Assembly (NCBI GenBank): GCA_964540825.1
Contig: CAZINT010000001.1
Location: forward strand, 5,315-69,314
Origin: an uncultured Gammaproteobacteria bacterium
Lineage (GTDB): Bacteria; Patescibacteriota; Patescibacteriia; Magasanikbacterales; GWA2-37-8
Length of the DNA stretch: 64,000 nucleotides
Direction: 5' to 3'
Both the position numbers and the translations under genes were made by a program. This document shows, one piece after another, positions 1-10,113 of this stretch; the first letter of the stretch is position 1; every line of letters begins with the position of its first letter. The notes beneath the pieces are model-generated. The model saw nothing but the letters and a program-made list of their open reading frames with translations, did no database searches and was not told the DNA's origin.

Positions 1-2
1 GT

Positions 3-308
3 CTCGGCGATCCATCGTTTCAAGAATTAAAAGTTAAAGCATCGGGAATTGCGCATTATTTTGAACGCCTTTTTATGGTTGATCGATCTAAACTGCAGGT
101 AGTTCAGGAACTCATGGCGGCAGACACTGCCCAGAAGATCTGGTTTATTAATGATAAAGTGCAAGAAACCAAAAATATTGTCGAAACGTTTCCGTCAATT
201 GCCGCTGCGCTAAAGGTTTCGCCAAAAATTCCACTCGAAGAATATCAAGCGAGTTTGCTGCCCTATTTTTCTTCTTTAATACACATTGCTGAGTATGTCA
301 CTAAGTAA
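3..308 (+). CDS. HAD-like hydrolase, 5' partial
   Basis: Frame open from window edge (LGDPSFQELKVKASGIAHYFERLFM...); WFINDK resembles HAD motif IV. Confidence 0.5.
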   Translation, partial: LGDPSFQELKVKASGIAHYFERLFMVDRSKLQVVQELMAADTAQKIWFINDKVQETKNIVETFPSIAAALKVSPKIPLEEYQASLLPYFSSLIHIAEYVTK

Positions 309-1053
309 TTTTAACTCATGGGGTGTTGTTGTGCTTGCCGCTGGCCAGGGTAAGCGTTTGGGGTGCACCGATACACCCAAAGTCATGTCGTTAATTGGGG
401 GAAAACCAATTATTTCATATACGGTTGGCACCCTTAAGTCGCTGGGGCTTACTCCGGAGCAGCTTTGTTTAGTGGTGGGTTTTGCGCACGAAAAAGTGCG
501 CGACTATTTTAAAGATGAGGTATGTTACGCATATCAAGCCGAGCAGCTTGGAACTGCACATGCAGCATTTTTAGGCGTGCAAAGTTTTGGCGAACGTGCA
601 GCCGATGTGCTTATTATGGGCGGCGATGATAGTGCTTTTTACACCCCTCAAACATTGGCTCATTTTATGGAAATGCACCAGGCAGCACAAGCAAAAATTT
701 CTGTTTTAACCACTCGAGTCGCAGATCCTGCGCGACTTGGCAGAATTATCCGGGACGATTCAGGGAAATGTATTGCTATTTTAGAAAAAGAACAGATTAA
801 GCCTGAGCAGGCTTCCATCAACGAGATTAACACCGGTACATACTGTGTTGACCGAATGTGGTATGAACAGCTTTTTCCAACGATGCGAAAAATTGAAGGG
901 CTGGGTGAATACGGTTTAAACCGTGCTTTTGAGATGGCTGTTCAGCAGGGTCACAAAGTGCTCGCAGTTGAAATGGAACGATCAGAAGAGTGGTTCGGAG
1001 TAAACACGCCAGAAGAGTTGGCGGAGGCTGATCGAAGAAAAAAGACCTTTTGA
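295..1053 (+). CDS. Sugar-phosphate nucleotidyltransferase, GlmU N-terminal-like, without acetyltransferase domain
   Basis: VVLAAGQGKRL...PK, Q.EQLGTAHA, EINTGTY, GVNTPEEL motifs; no hexapeptide repeats. Confidence 0.85.
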   Translation: MSLSNFNSWGVVVLAAGQGKRLGCTDTPKVMSLIGGKPIISYTVGTLKSLGLTPEQLCLVVGFAHEKVRDYFKDEVCYAYQAEQLGTAHAAFLGVQSFGERAADVLIMGGDDSAFYTPQTLAHFMEMHQAAQAKISVLTTRVADPARLGRIIRDDSGKCIAILEKEQIKPEQASINEINTGTYCVDRMWYEQLFPTMRKIEGLGEYGLNRAFEMAVQQGHKVLAVEMERSEEWFGVNTPEELAEADRRKKTF

Positions 1054-1152
1054 AATTGCTGGGGGCGAGTATTGCTCCTTTTCTAGTCATGAGCGAATGA
1101 TTATTAGAAAGGGGGCAGTATTTTCAAACTTTTGCTGAGAAGGAGTGTGTTC

Positions 1153-1332
1153 ATGCTGGTGCAACAAGCTGCTGCAAGCCCGACGAGTCCGTATGAGCGC
1201 ATGCTCGAAGAGGCAGGCGACACCTTGAGTGTTCCCCTCACCGTCTTTGATGTTCTCGACGACGAGAAATCGTCTCGGGTCAATGCCGTCGAGGCGGAGG
1301 TGGTGCCAGGCAGCGTCGCTCAGGCGCCCTGA
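1153..1332 (+). CDS. Small hypothetical protein (59 aa)
   Basis: AAGGAG SD before ATG 1153, GC-rich codons, downstream hairpin at about 1352-1388. Confidence 0.45.
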   Translation: MLVQQAAASPTSPYERMLEEAGDTLSVPLTVFDVLDDEKSSRVNAVEAEVVPGSVAQAP

Positions 1333-1419
1333 GGCTGTTGTTTCCATTTAGGGTAGCAGGGGTTTCCAAAGAGAAGCTCCTGCTACCTGAATATTTAAAA
1401 TTTTGTAACTATTAAATAT

Positions 1420-3243
1420 ATGTGTGGGATTGTCGGCTACGTTGGGAAAAAAGAAGCCTTACCCATTTTGATTAACGGGCTCCGGCGGCTTGAATACCGA
1501 GGCTATGATAGTGCGGGTGTCGTTATTGTGTCCGAAGGGAAATTAACCCGTATTCGCTCGGTTGGAAAAATTGATTCACTGGCCGAAAAGGTAAAATTAC
1601 AACCAATTAAAGGCACTGTTGGAGTGGCGCATACGCGCTGGGCAACCCATGGGGGAGTAACCGAAGACAACGCGCATCCGCATACTGATTGTACTGGTGA
1701 TTTAGTTTTAGTGCATAACGGTATTATCGAAAATTATCGCGAACTTAAAGAGCGTTTTTTAAAAGGACATGTTTTTAAATCAGAAACAGATACCGAAGTT
1801 ATTGCTCATTTGATTGAATTATTTTATCAAGGTGATTTGCGCCAGGCTGTCGAACGAGCGCTCCATGAAATGAGTGGTACCTATGGGTTGGTAGTCATGC
1901 ACAGCAACGAACCGGGTAAGCTGGTCGCGGCCCGGCTGGGGAGCCCGATCGCAATTGGTGTAGGGGATGGTGAATATTATATTGCATCGGACACTTCACC
2001 CATGCTCGCCCATACTCAGCAAGTATTATTTTTAGAAGATGGTGAGCTTGCTGAAATTACGCACAGTGGCGTGCAGCTCTTTACTCTCGAAGATCAACGA
2101 ATTTATAAAAATCCAGAACGCATTGAATGGGATGAGGCCCAGGCGCAAAAAAATGGTTTTGACCATTTCATGCTCAAGGAAATTTTTGATCAGCCGACGG
2201 TTTTGCAAGATGCGCTTCGCGGCAGGCTTGACCTTAAGGCAGGTACAGCGCACCTCGGCGGTCTTAATATGACTGACGAAGAAATTCGTTCCATCAATCG
2301 TATTGTACTCATTGCGTGCGGTACGGCTTCGTATGCGGGGATGGTTGGCAAATATGCTTTTGAGCGTTTGGCAGGTATTCCGGCCGAGGTAGAAGTAGCG
2401 AGTGAATTTCGCTATCGCGACACTATTCTTGACGAACGAACGCTTGTGTTTGCTATTTCGCAATCGGGTGAAACAGCGGATACTATCGCAGCTATAAAAG
2501 AAGCAAAACGCAAAGGGGCGTTTGTACGCGGCATTGTCAATGTGGTTGGATCAACCATTGCGCGCGAAACCGATGGGGGAACATATATTCATGCTGGACC
2601 CGAACTTGCAGTGGCATCAACCAAAGCGTATATGAACATGGTCGCGGTTTTAATGCTCTACGCGATTCAGTTTGGACGCTTGCGCCGCCTGACGGTTGCA
2701 ACGGGCGAGCGACTCGTTAAATCACTTCTTGAATTGCCGGAAAAAATGAATCAGGCACTTAAATTACAAGATCAGGTAAAGGCGCTGGCCGCGAAGTACA
2801 AAAATTACCGAGACTTTTTTTTCCTAGGCCGCGGTATTAATTACCCTGTTGCACTTGAAGGTTCGCTTAAACTTAAAGAAATTTCCTATATTCATAGCGA
2901 AGCATTTCCGGGCGGCGAAATGAAGCACGGGCCAATAGCGCTCCTCAGCCCAGAATTTCCGGTCTTGGCTATAATGACCAAAAACCAGCTCTATGATAAG
3001 ATGAGAAGCAATATTGAAGAAGTAAAAGCGCGTAAGGCGCCCATTATTATCCTTGCAACCGAGGGCGATACTGATGCTGTCAGGCTCGCTGATGATGTTG
3101 TCTACGTTCCGGCAACTATGGAACTTTTAGAACCGCTCGTAAACACGATCCCGCTCCAATTATTTGCCTATTATGCCGCAACGGGGCTTGGCCGAGATGT
3201 GGACCGTCCACGAAATTTAGCTAAGAGTGTTACTGTTGAATAA
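1420..3243 (+). CDS. glmS: Glutamine--fructose-6-phosphate aminotransferase
   Basis: MCGIVG start, HTRWATHG, HNGIIEN, SQSGETAD, C-terminal PRNLAKSVTVE. Confidence 0.98.
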   Translation: MCGIVGYVGKKEALPILINGLRRLEYRGYDSAGVVIVSEGKLTRIRSVGKIDSLAEKVKLQPIKGTVGVAHTRWATHGGVTEDNAHPHTDCTGDLVLVHNGIIENYRELKERFLKGHVFKSETDTEVIAHLIELFYQGDLRQAVERALHEMSGTYGLVVMHSNEPGKLVAARLGSPIAIGVGDGEYYIASDTSPMLAHTQQVLFLEDGELAEITHSGVQLFTLEDQRIYKNPERIEWDEAQAQKNGFDHFMLKEIFDQPTVLQDALRGRLDLKAGTAHLGGLNMTDEEIRSINRIVLIACGTASYAGMVGKYAFERLAGIPAEVEVASEFRYRDTILDERTLVFAISQSGETADTIAAIKEAKRKGAFVRGIVNVVGSTIARETDGGTYIHAGPELAVASTKAYMNMVAVLMLYAIQFGRLRRLTVATGERLVKSLLELPEKMNQALKLQDQVKALAAKYKNYRDFFFLGRGINYPVALEGSLKLKEISYIHSEAFPGGEMKHGPIALLSPEFPVLAIMTKNQLYDKMRSNIEEVKARKAPIIILATEGDTDAVRLADDVVYVPATMELLEPLVNTIPLQLFAYYAATGLGRDVDRPRNLAKSVTVE

Positions 3244-3249
3244 TCTTTT

Positions 3250-3906
3250 ATGAAATATAAAGCAGTTATTTTTGACATGGACGGCGTCCTTATTGATAGT
3301 GAATTTCACTGGTTTGAAGCCGAGATGAATTTTTTGAAAAAATACGGCATTACCATGACGCGCGAGATCATGACTAAAATGACCGGCAGAAGTTTGCGTG
3401 AAACGGTAAGTATGATTAAGGAAGAATATAAGCTCGCCGCACCAATCGAAGAATTAATGGGCGAAAAAGCCGCGGCCAGCGAAGCAATATATGAATACAA
3501 AGCACAGGTGATGCCCGGGGCGCACGACCTTGTTAAAACCATTCATGCGCAGAGCGGACGCTTGGCGATTGCTTCCGGATCGATGCTGCATCGTATTGAA
3601 AAAATCGTGCAGCGATTTGATTTGGCGCATTATTTTGAGCATCTCGTATCGAGTGATCATGTTAATTATGTCGGCAAACCTGACCCCGCAATTTATATCT
3701 ATACCGCAAATAAGTTGGGTTTAGATCCGGCACACTGTGTTGTTATCGAAGATTCTGTTAACGGCCTCAAGGCGGCCAAAGGTGCGGGTATGGACTGTAT
3801 TGCTGTTCCTGATCCTCGGTGGAGTCGCGGTAATTATTCTGAAGCGAACCTTATTGTAAAAGGCTTAACAGACGAAAAAATTATTGATTTTCTTGAATTG
3901 AACTAA
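3250..3906 (+). CDS. HAD family phosphatase (beta-PGM/CbbY-like)
   Basis: FDMDGVLIDSE, KPDP, IEDS..G motifs. Confidence 0.9.
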   Translation: MKYKAVIFDMDGVLIDSEFHWFEAEMNFLKKYGITMTREIMTKMTGRSLRETVSMIKEEYKLAAPIEELMGEKAAASEAIYEYKAQVMPGAHDLVKTIHAQSGRLAIASGSMLHRIEKIVQRFDLAHYFEHLVSSDHVNYVGKPDPAIYIYTANKLGLDPAHCVVIEDSVNGLKAAKGAGMDCIAVPDPRWSRGNYSEANLIVKGLTDEKIIDFLELN

Positions 3907-3916
3907 CTGTGCTCCT

Positions 3917-4906
3917 ATGAAAAAAGTTGTAGTGATTGGTGGAGGGACCGGGACAACCTCAGTGTTGTCGGGGCTCAAGCGCAATAAGGATGTTGATCTT
4001 AGTGTCATTGTCAGTATGACTGATGATGGCGGAAGCAATGCGGTGATTCAGGACGAGTTTGGACTTTTGCCGCTGGGCGACCTGCGCAAATCTATTTTGG
4101 CCCTCGCTGAAGTTGGTGCTGAAGACACTGTTTTGCAAAAATTATTTACCTACCGTTTTGACAAAGGGAACGGTTTATCGGGCCACACACTCGGCAGTCT
4201 CATTATGATTGCGCTTAGCGATATAGCTGGATCAGAAGTCGAGGCGATTAGCGCAGTGAGCGAAATATTTCATGCGCGCGGTCAGGTAATTCCGGTTACG
4301 CTTGAACACGCCTGTCTCGTCGCTGATTATGATACGGGTAAACAAGTCCAAGGCGAGCATCTTATTGATGAGCCGCCGCTAACGGAAAATACCGGGCGCA
4401 TCATCAAGCTTTCTATTACTCCAGCGGTGCAGGCCTATGCTCCTGCTCTTCAAGCTATCGCTGATGCCGATTATATTATTGCCGGTCCAGGGGACCTCTA
4501 TACAACTACGCTAGCTAATATTATCGTCGGAGGTATTGCTGAAGCTATTCAAAAAAGTAAGGCAAAATTTATTTTTATCAATAACCTCATGAGTAAGCGC
4601 GGTCAAACTAACGGCTATAAGGCCTCTGACCTTATCAACGAAACCGCTAAGTATGCTGGGCGAGTGCCTGACGTGGCAATTCAACATGTGGGCACAATCC
4701 CGGCCGAAGCCGTAAAAAAATATCAAGAACGCGGTGAAGAGCAAATCGCGGATGATTTAAAAGAAGATGATGGATATCAGATAGTGCGAGCCGATATTGC
4801 TTTTAAAAAGGAAGTCGCTCAAGATAAAGGTGATACGCTCGCGCGCAGCCTCATTCGCCATGACGGCGAAAAATTGGCCCGGGTACTTATGGAAATAATG
4901 AAGTAG
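3917..4906 (+). CDS. yvcK: YvcK/GlmR (CofD-like, UPF0052) family protein
   Basis: IGGGTG, DDGGS, GDLR, GHTLG, GPGDLYT, IRHD motifs. Confidence 0.9.
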   Translation: MKKVVVIGGGTGTTSVLSGLKRNKDVDLSVIVSMTDDGGSNAVIQDEFGLLPLGDLRKSILALAEVGAEDTVLQKLFTYRFDKGNGLSGHTLGSLIMIALSDIAGSEVEAISAVSEIFHARGQVIPVTLEHACLVADYDTGKQVQGEHLIDEPPLTENTGRIIKLSITPAVQAYAPALQAIADADYIIAGPGDLYTTTLANIIVGGIAEAIQKSKAKFIFINNLMSKRGQTNGYKASDLINETAKYAGRVPDVAIQHVGTIPAEAVKKYQERGEEQIADDLKEDDGYQIVRADIAFKKEVAQDKGDTLARSLIRHDGEKLARVLMEIMK

Positions 4907-4912
4907 TTGTAT

Positions 4913-5245
4913 ATGGAAATTATAAAATCAGACGAGACACGACAGCGGGGGATTAAATTTGCAGTGGTAGAAAATGGAATCGAAATGGGGCGCATTTTTT
5001 TATATGTTTTATTTAATGAGCTCCACAGCGAGCCATTTGGTTTATTAGAAGATTTATTTGTTGAAGAACAGTACCGAAGCCAGGGAGTCGGACGAAGATT
5101 AATTGAACAAGCGTTAGCACAAGCAAAGAAAGAGAAATGTTATAAAGTTATTTGTACCAGTCGTTATGGACGTGAAGCGCTGCATGATTGGTATAAAAAG
5201 TTAGGATTTATTGATCACGGAACTGAATTTAGGATTGATTTTTAG
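4913..5245 (+). CDS. GNAT family N-acetyltransferase
   Basis: LFVEEQYRSQGVGRRL acetyl-CoA motif, WYKKLGF. Confidence 0.85.
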   Translation: MEIIKSDETRQRGIKFAVVENGIEMGRIFLYVLFNELHSEPFGLLEDLFVEEQYRSQGVGRRLIEQALAQAKKEKCYKVICTSRYGREALHDWYKKLGFIDHGTEFRIDF

Positions 5246-5248
5246 CAT

Positions 5249-6409
5249 ATGGTTCGATCTCGGCCTAAATCACCAGAGAATGTAAACGCCCAGCTGCAAG
5301 GGTTTTATTTTGATACGTTTGCTGCAAGCCCGAGTGCTGAGCAGGATTCGTTTGGTCAAAATTTGGGTGCTCAGCCTGAATATGCGGAAATTGATGCCAA
5401 AGTTACTGTGCAAGGAATCAAGGAATCGCCAGGGATATACGAAAATTATGTTCATTTTTTACGCAAAAAATTTAAAGACGAAGATAAGGAATTTTTTACA
5501 GAGAATCAGCGGCGGTATGAAAGTGTAAGGCCCGAAGTCGAAAAGATTCTTGCTCAGATAGAGAGTGCCTATGCCGATGGTTTTTTCAGAATTTCGGTGG
5601 CTAAAAAAATCTCCGGGTATACCGGGCTGGGAAATGATGGAATTGCTATACAATTTCACAGCAAGGACGGTGAAGACTTAATTTTAAAGTTTTTTCATTC
5701 CTCTGATCGGTCAAGAGCCAGCAGTACTTCATACGCTCGGTACGTTGAAGATTTTCCTGCTCAAATAGAAGCGCTGCGGCGCACAAAAGATATGGCACGG
5801 GTTGTTAGCATGCATTCATATTCCTTCGAACACTCAGTTATCATCATGAAGTATGAGCAGGGTAATTTATTGCTCCCAAATAAAAAAAATTTTGTTCATC
5901 CTACACAGAAAGCAATTGAGGGCGCTATCAGCGATATATATGAACTTGCAGTCCGGGGTGTAGAAAGTGGCGGCGGAGGCGATGACTTTATATATAATCC
6001 TGAAACCGATTCGATTACCATACTTGATCCTAAATTTAGGAATAAAAAATGGACCAAGCAATGGCAGGAAAGTTATGAGGATGCGTATAAAGAACCCGCT
6101 ACACCTGACACGCGGCTCGCAGTACAATTACTCTGGTTTTTAGAGGTTTTGGTAGATTTGAAAGAAAAAGAATTGGGTAAAGAATGCGAGAAAGAGGAAT
6201 ATTATGCTGCAATTAAGCCGTTATTTCAAAGTTATTTTTTATATAACCAGAAATTTTTTCCAGAAAAAATAAACGTTCTTTTGCACCAAGCGGCTCGTTC
6301 TCGAGATGTGTCTTCGATTATGGTTAATGCCGGAATATACGAGCATGAAGTTTCTCGTGAACAGAAGTATGTTTTGGGTAAGGCGTTTCTAGAAGCGTTG
6401 ATTTCCTAA
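5249..6409 (+). CDS. Hypothetical protein with degenerate protein-kinase-like fold
   Basis: 386-aa ORF in operon; GLGNDG loop, LILKFF, IIMKYEQG, ITILDP. Confidence 0.55.
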   Translation: MVRSRPKSPENVNAQLQGFYFDTFAASPSAEQDSFGQNLGAQPEYAEIDAKVTVQGIKESPGIYENYVHFLRKKFKDEDKEFFTENQRRYESVRPEVEKILAQIESAYADGFFRISVAKKISGYTGLGNDGIAIQFHSKDGEDLILKFFHSSDRSRASSTSYARYVEDFPAQIEALRRTKDMARVVSMHSYSFEHSVIIMKYEQGNLLLPNKKNFVHPTQKAIEGAISDIYELAVRGVESGGGGDDFIYNPETDSITILDPKFRNKKWTKQWQESYEDAYKEPATPDTRLAVQLLWFLEVLVDLKEKELGKECEKEEYYAAIKPLFQSYFLYNQKFFPEKINVLLHQAARSRDVSSIMVNAGIYEHEVSREQKYVLGKAFLEALIS

Positions 6410-6418
6410 TTGTGTTTT

Positions 6419-7564
6419 ATGAATCTTTACGAATTTGAAGGAAAAAAATTATTTGCCAAATACGGTATTGTGACCCCAAAAGGTGTCGTTGTTCGGCGAG
6501 GTGACGATGTACAAAAAAAATACTTGTCGCTTGGGATTAAAGATGTGGTCGTTAAGGCCCAAGTACTTTCTGGAAAACGCGGAAAAAATAATGGTATCAA
6601 GTTTTGCTCTTCAGCTATTGAGGTAGAAAAGGCGTGCGAGGAATTATTTGCTATGAATATCCGAGGTCAGTATGTTGCGGCAGTACTTATTGAAGAAAAA
6701 CTGAATATTGCTGAGGAGCATTATCTTTCAGTCACATACGATACAAATAAAAAACAACCTGTAATGCTTTACACTACAAGCGGTGGTATGGATATTGAAG
6801 ATGTTTCGGAAAAGGAAATTAAAAAGCAAGAATTAGATATTAGGAAAATTGAGATAACAAGTGACAGCACGATCGGACAACAATTGTGGAACTGCTTTCT
6901 AGAGGAAGATGCTCGAGTGGTTGAAATAAACCCGCTCGTCAAAACTGTAGAAGGAAAATGGTATGCAGCAGACGCCAAAGTTGCGCTCGATGAAGACGCC
7001 TTCTATCGCCACAAAGAGTGGGAAGAACTTGAGCCCCGCACGATGATGGGTCGCCTGCCAACAGAGCGCGAAATTGCGGTTAAAAAAATTGATGAGGGCG
7101 AAGGGTATTATCGTGGCACTGCGGGTAAATATATTGAACTGGACGGTGATGTGGCGATTTTGTTTTCGGGCGGGGGAGCGAGTATCGCGAATATGGACGC
7201 CCTCATTAAGTCTGGTTGTACGCCGGCTAACTACACTGAGTATTCAGGTAACCCACCGCGCGAAAAAGTCTATCAATTAGCTAAAATCGTTTTATCGAAA
7301 CCCGGACTTAAGGGGCTCTGGATTGCCGGAGGAGTAGCGAATTTTACCAATATTGGCGAAACATTTCATGGTATTGTTGACGCGCTCGATGAATTAAAAC
7401 CAACGTATCCGATTGTGGTACGCCGAGCTGGTCCGTTTGAAGCAGAGGGTATGCAGCTTATGAAAGAATGTGCTGAGCGTAACAAGCTGAACATGCGATT
7501 ATTTGGCAAGGAAACGAGTATGAGCGCAACCGCACAGGTCTTGGCTGATCTAATAGTAAAATAA
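6419..7564 (+). CDS. ATP-citrate lyase / citryl-CoA synthetase ATP-grasp and citrate-binding subunit
   Basis: MNLYEFEGK, VVKAQVLSGKRGK, EINPL; ACL-type GGGAS, ANYTEYSGNP, GGVANFT. Confidence 0.85.
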   Translation: MNLYEFEGKKLFAKYGIVTPKGVVVRRGDDVQKKYLSLGIKDVVVKAQVLSGKRGKNNGIKFCSSAIEVEKACEELFAMNIRGQYVAAVLIEEKLNIAEEHYLSVTYDTNKKQPVMLYTTSGGMDIEDVSEKEIKKQELDIRKIEITSDSTIGQQLWNCFLEEDARVVEINPLVKTVEGKWYAADAKVALDEDAFYRHKEWEELEPRTMMGRLPTEREIAVKKIDEGEGYYRGTAGKYIELDGDVAILFSGGGASIANMDALIKSGCTPANYTEYSGNPPREKVYQLAKIVLSKPGLKGLWIAGGVANFTNIGETFHGIVDALDELKPTYPIVVRRAGPFEAEGMQLMKECAERNKLNMRLFGKETSMSATAQVLADLIVK

Positions 7565-7565
7565 T

Positions 7566-8456
7566 ATGAGTATTCTTTTAGATAAAAATACAACAGTTGT
7601 GGTCCAGGGTATGACGGGCAAAGAAGGTCAAAAGGCTGCTAAAGCCATGCTTGAGTATCACACAAATGTAATGTGCGGGGTGACGCCGAATAAGGGCGGT
7701 CAAGAAGTAGAAGGTAAGCTCGTTTTTAATTCGATCAAAGAAGCCAAAGAGGCTTGCGGGGAAATTACAGTGTCGGCAATCTATGTACCGCCCTTTGCAG
7801 CCAAAGCGGCTATTCTTGAAGCGATTGATAATGACATTCCGCTTATTAGTGTTATCGTGGAACGTATCCCCATTAAAGACACGGCGTACTGTTTGGCCGC
7901 AGCGAAAGATAAAAATATTCGTATTGTTGGTCCGAGTAGTTTAGGGTTTATTGTGCCTGGTGTCGGGCGGGTTGGTGTGGTGGGCGGCCCTTTGGTTAAT
8001 GAAATTTTTCAACCAGGAAGTATCGGGGTTATCTCGCGTTCAGGTGGTATGACCAATGAAGTCTCGTGGCAGATTCGTAAAGCTGGCCTCGGGCAGAGTG
8101 CTGCCGTGCATGTCGGGGGAGACCTGCTGATGGGCACGACGTATGCCGACCTCCTCGAACTATTTGAAAAAGACGAAGCAACCAAAGCGGTGGTATTGTT
8201 TGGGGAACATGGTGGTAGTTATGAGTTTGAGATTGTTGACCTTATTAAACGCGGCGGATACACTAAACCACTCGCTATTTATATCGGTGGTAAGTTTGCC
8301 AGTATTTTGCCGGAAGGTATGAATATTGGGCATGCGGGAGCGATTGTGGGGAGGGGGCAAAGTGCGGCTGAAAAAGAAAAAGCCTTGGCAGATGTGGGTG
8401 TGATGATTGCGGAGCGGTACGAAGATCTGGTAGAGTTAGTGAAACCTCACGCTTAA
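7566..8456 (+). CDS. CoA-binding, phospho-His subunit (SucD/AclA N-terminal-like)
   Basis: VVQGMTGKEG, GVTP.KGG, SRSGGM, GHAGA. Confidence 0.88.
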   Translation: MSILLDKNTTVVVQGMTGKEGQKAAKAMLEYHTNVMCGVTPNKGGQEVEGKLVFNSIKEAKEACGEITVSAIYVPPFAAKAAILEAIDNDIPLISVIVERIPIKDTAYCLAAAKDKNIRIVGPSSLGFIVPGVGRVGVVGGPLVNEIFQPGSIGVISRSGGMTNEVSWQIRKAGLGQSAAVHVGGDLLMGTTYADLLELFEKDEATKAVVLFGEHGGSYEFEIVDLIKRGGYTKPLAIYIGGKFASILPEGMNIGHAGAIVGRGQSAAEKEKALADVGVMIAERYEDLVELVKPHA

Positions 8457-8466
8457 TATATACTAT

Positions 8467-9213
8467 ATGCAATGGAAAACTGCCCTGACTCAAGTAACCC
8501 AAGATGGTGAGGTGGTGCGCGGCTATAATCTGGCCGATTTAATGCGGCAAAAAAGTTTCGTTGAAACAGTTTTTTTGTTGCTTCGTGGAAAATTACCCGC
8601 GGTACAAGAAACAAAAATGATGAATGCGCTTTTTACAGCAGCTATTGATCATGGCGTGGGTGTTGCTTCGACAATGGCGGCACGACTCTCTGCTTCGGCA
8701 GGGAACAGCCTGCGCACTTCACTCGCGGCAGGTGTATTGTCGCTCGGCGAGCGTCATGGGCTTGCGATAGAAGGAGCGGCACGCTTTTTTCAGGAAAACA
8801 ATAGTACAGAGACGGTCGCCGAACTGTTACTAAAAATGAAAGCGGATAAAAAGCGCGTACCTGGTTTTGGGCATCGACTGCTAACGCACGACCAGCGAGC
8901 CGAACTTCTTTTTACATTAGCAAAAGAAAACGGGTTGTACGGTAAGCATTGTGTTTTTGCCGAAAAGGTTGCTGAAGAACTCAACAAAACAGCCTCAAAA
9001 AAGCTGCCCATGAATATTGACGGAGCAATGGGGGCGATTATTTCCGATATGGGTTTTGATTGGCGGGTTGCCCAAGGGATTTTTATTATCGCTCGCGTAC
9101 CCGGACTTGTAGCACATATTTATGAAGAAATTGCGAGCGGCGAAGGGCTCAGACGCCTTGAAGAAAATGAAGAAGAATATATTGGTGAAACCGAAAAACA
9201 AATTACCGAGTAA
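8467..9213 (+). CDS. Citryl-CoA lyase (citrate-synthase-like)
   Basis: IDHG, GERHG, VPGFGH, MNIDG, ARVPGLVAH; 248 aa. Confidence 0.88.
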   Translation: MQWKTALTQVTQDGEVVRGYNLADLMRQKSFVETVFLLLRGKLPAVQETKMMNALFTAAIDHGVGVASTMAARLSASAGNSLRTSLAAGVLSLGERHGLAIEGAARFFQENNSTETVAELLLKMKADKKRVPGFGHRLLTHDQRAELLFTLAKENGLYGKHCVFAEKVAEELNKTASKKLPMNIDGAMGAIISDMGFDWRVAQGIFIIARVPGLVAHIYEEIASGEGLRRLEENEEEYIGETEKQITE

Positions 9214-9216
9214 TAT

Positions 9217-10104
9217 ATGTCAGATTATTCTATTGCAATCGTACAACCAACAAGCGGCTACGAACTCCTCGACAGTGGCGATGGCGAAAAGATGGAGCGC
9301 TACGGTGAATTTATAGTTGCTCGTCCTGACCCACAAGCCCTCTGGCCAAAGTTACTTCCCGAAACTGAGTGGGCAAAGGCGCATGCGGTGTTTAGCCGCG
9401 ACAGTAAAAACACGGGATGGGAGCTTAAGAAAAGTTTGCCCGAAAAATGGCAGATAGATTTTGGCGGTCTCAAGTTTTGGATTAAGCCGACGTCGTTTAA
9501 GCATACTGGTTTATTTCCGGAGCAGCAAAGTAATTGGGCTTGGATTCAAGAACAAATTAAAAATCACAAAACAGAAAATCCAGACCAGCCGGTTAGAGTT
9601 TTGAATTTATTTGGCTACACGGGTGGTGCATCGCTCGCCGCTTCAGTAGCAGGAGCCGAGGTTGTGCACGTGGACGGATCAAAGTCCGCAATTGCCTGGG
9701 CGCGTGAAAATGCGGAAATTTCCGGCCTAAAGGATAAGCCGGTTCGTTGGCTCCTTGATGACGCAGCTGCTTTTGTGCGGCGTGAGATCAAGCGTGGTAA
9801 CAAGTACGAAGGTCTTATTATGGACCCGCCAGCCTTTGGTCATGGACCAAAGGGGGAGATGTGGAAAATCGAAGAAAGTTTTTTGCCGTTCTTAGAAATG
9901 TGCCGTCAAATTTTATCTGACCAGCCGTTATTTTTCCTGCTTAATGGGTATGCTTCGGGGTACTCTGCTCTTGCGTACAAAAATAATTTAGAGAGTCTGG
10001 TCAAGAAGTTTGGAGGAAGTATTGAGATGGGGGAGTTAACAATTGAAGAAAAATTAAATAAACGCTTATTGCCGTGTGGCATTTTCGCGCGGTGGCAGGC
10101 ATAA
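9217..10104 (+). CDS. Class I SAM-dependent methyltransferase (RlmI/RlmK-like)
   Basis: KHTGLFPEQ, VLNLFGYTGG, DPPAFG. Confidence 0.85.
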   Translation: MSDYSIAIVQPTSGYELLDSGDGEKMERYGEFIVARPDPQALWPKLLPETEWAKAHAVFSRDSKNTGWELKKSLPEKWQIDFGGLKFWIKPTSFKHTGLFPEQQSNWAWIQEQIKNHKTENPDQPVRVLNLFGYTGGASLAASVAGAEVVHVDGSKSAIAWARENAEISGLKDKPVRWLLDDAAAFVRREIKRGNKYEGLIMDPPAFGHGPKGEMWKIEESFLPFLEMCRQILSDQPLFFLLNGYASGYSALAYKNNLESLVKKFGGSIEMGELTIEEKLNKRLLPCGIFARWQA

Positions 10105-10113
10105 TTTTTGTAT

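Noticed and set aside
1333-1419. Possible glmS ribozyme upstream of glmS
   Set aside because: No AGCGCC/GACGAGG core; only a simple terminator-like hairpin
6419-8456. Annotation as sucC/sucD
   Set aside because: Citrate-binding ACL motifs and the adjacent citryl-CoA lyase argue against it
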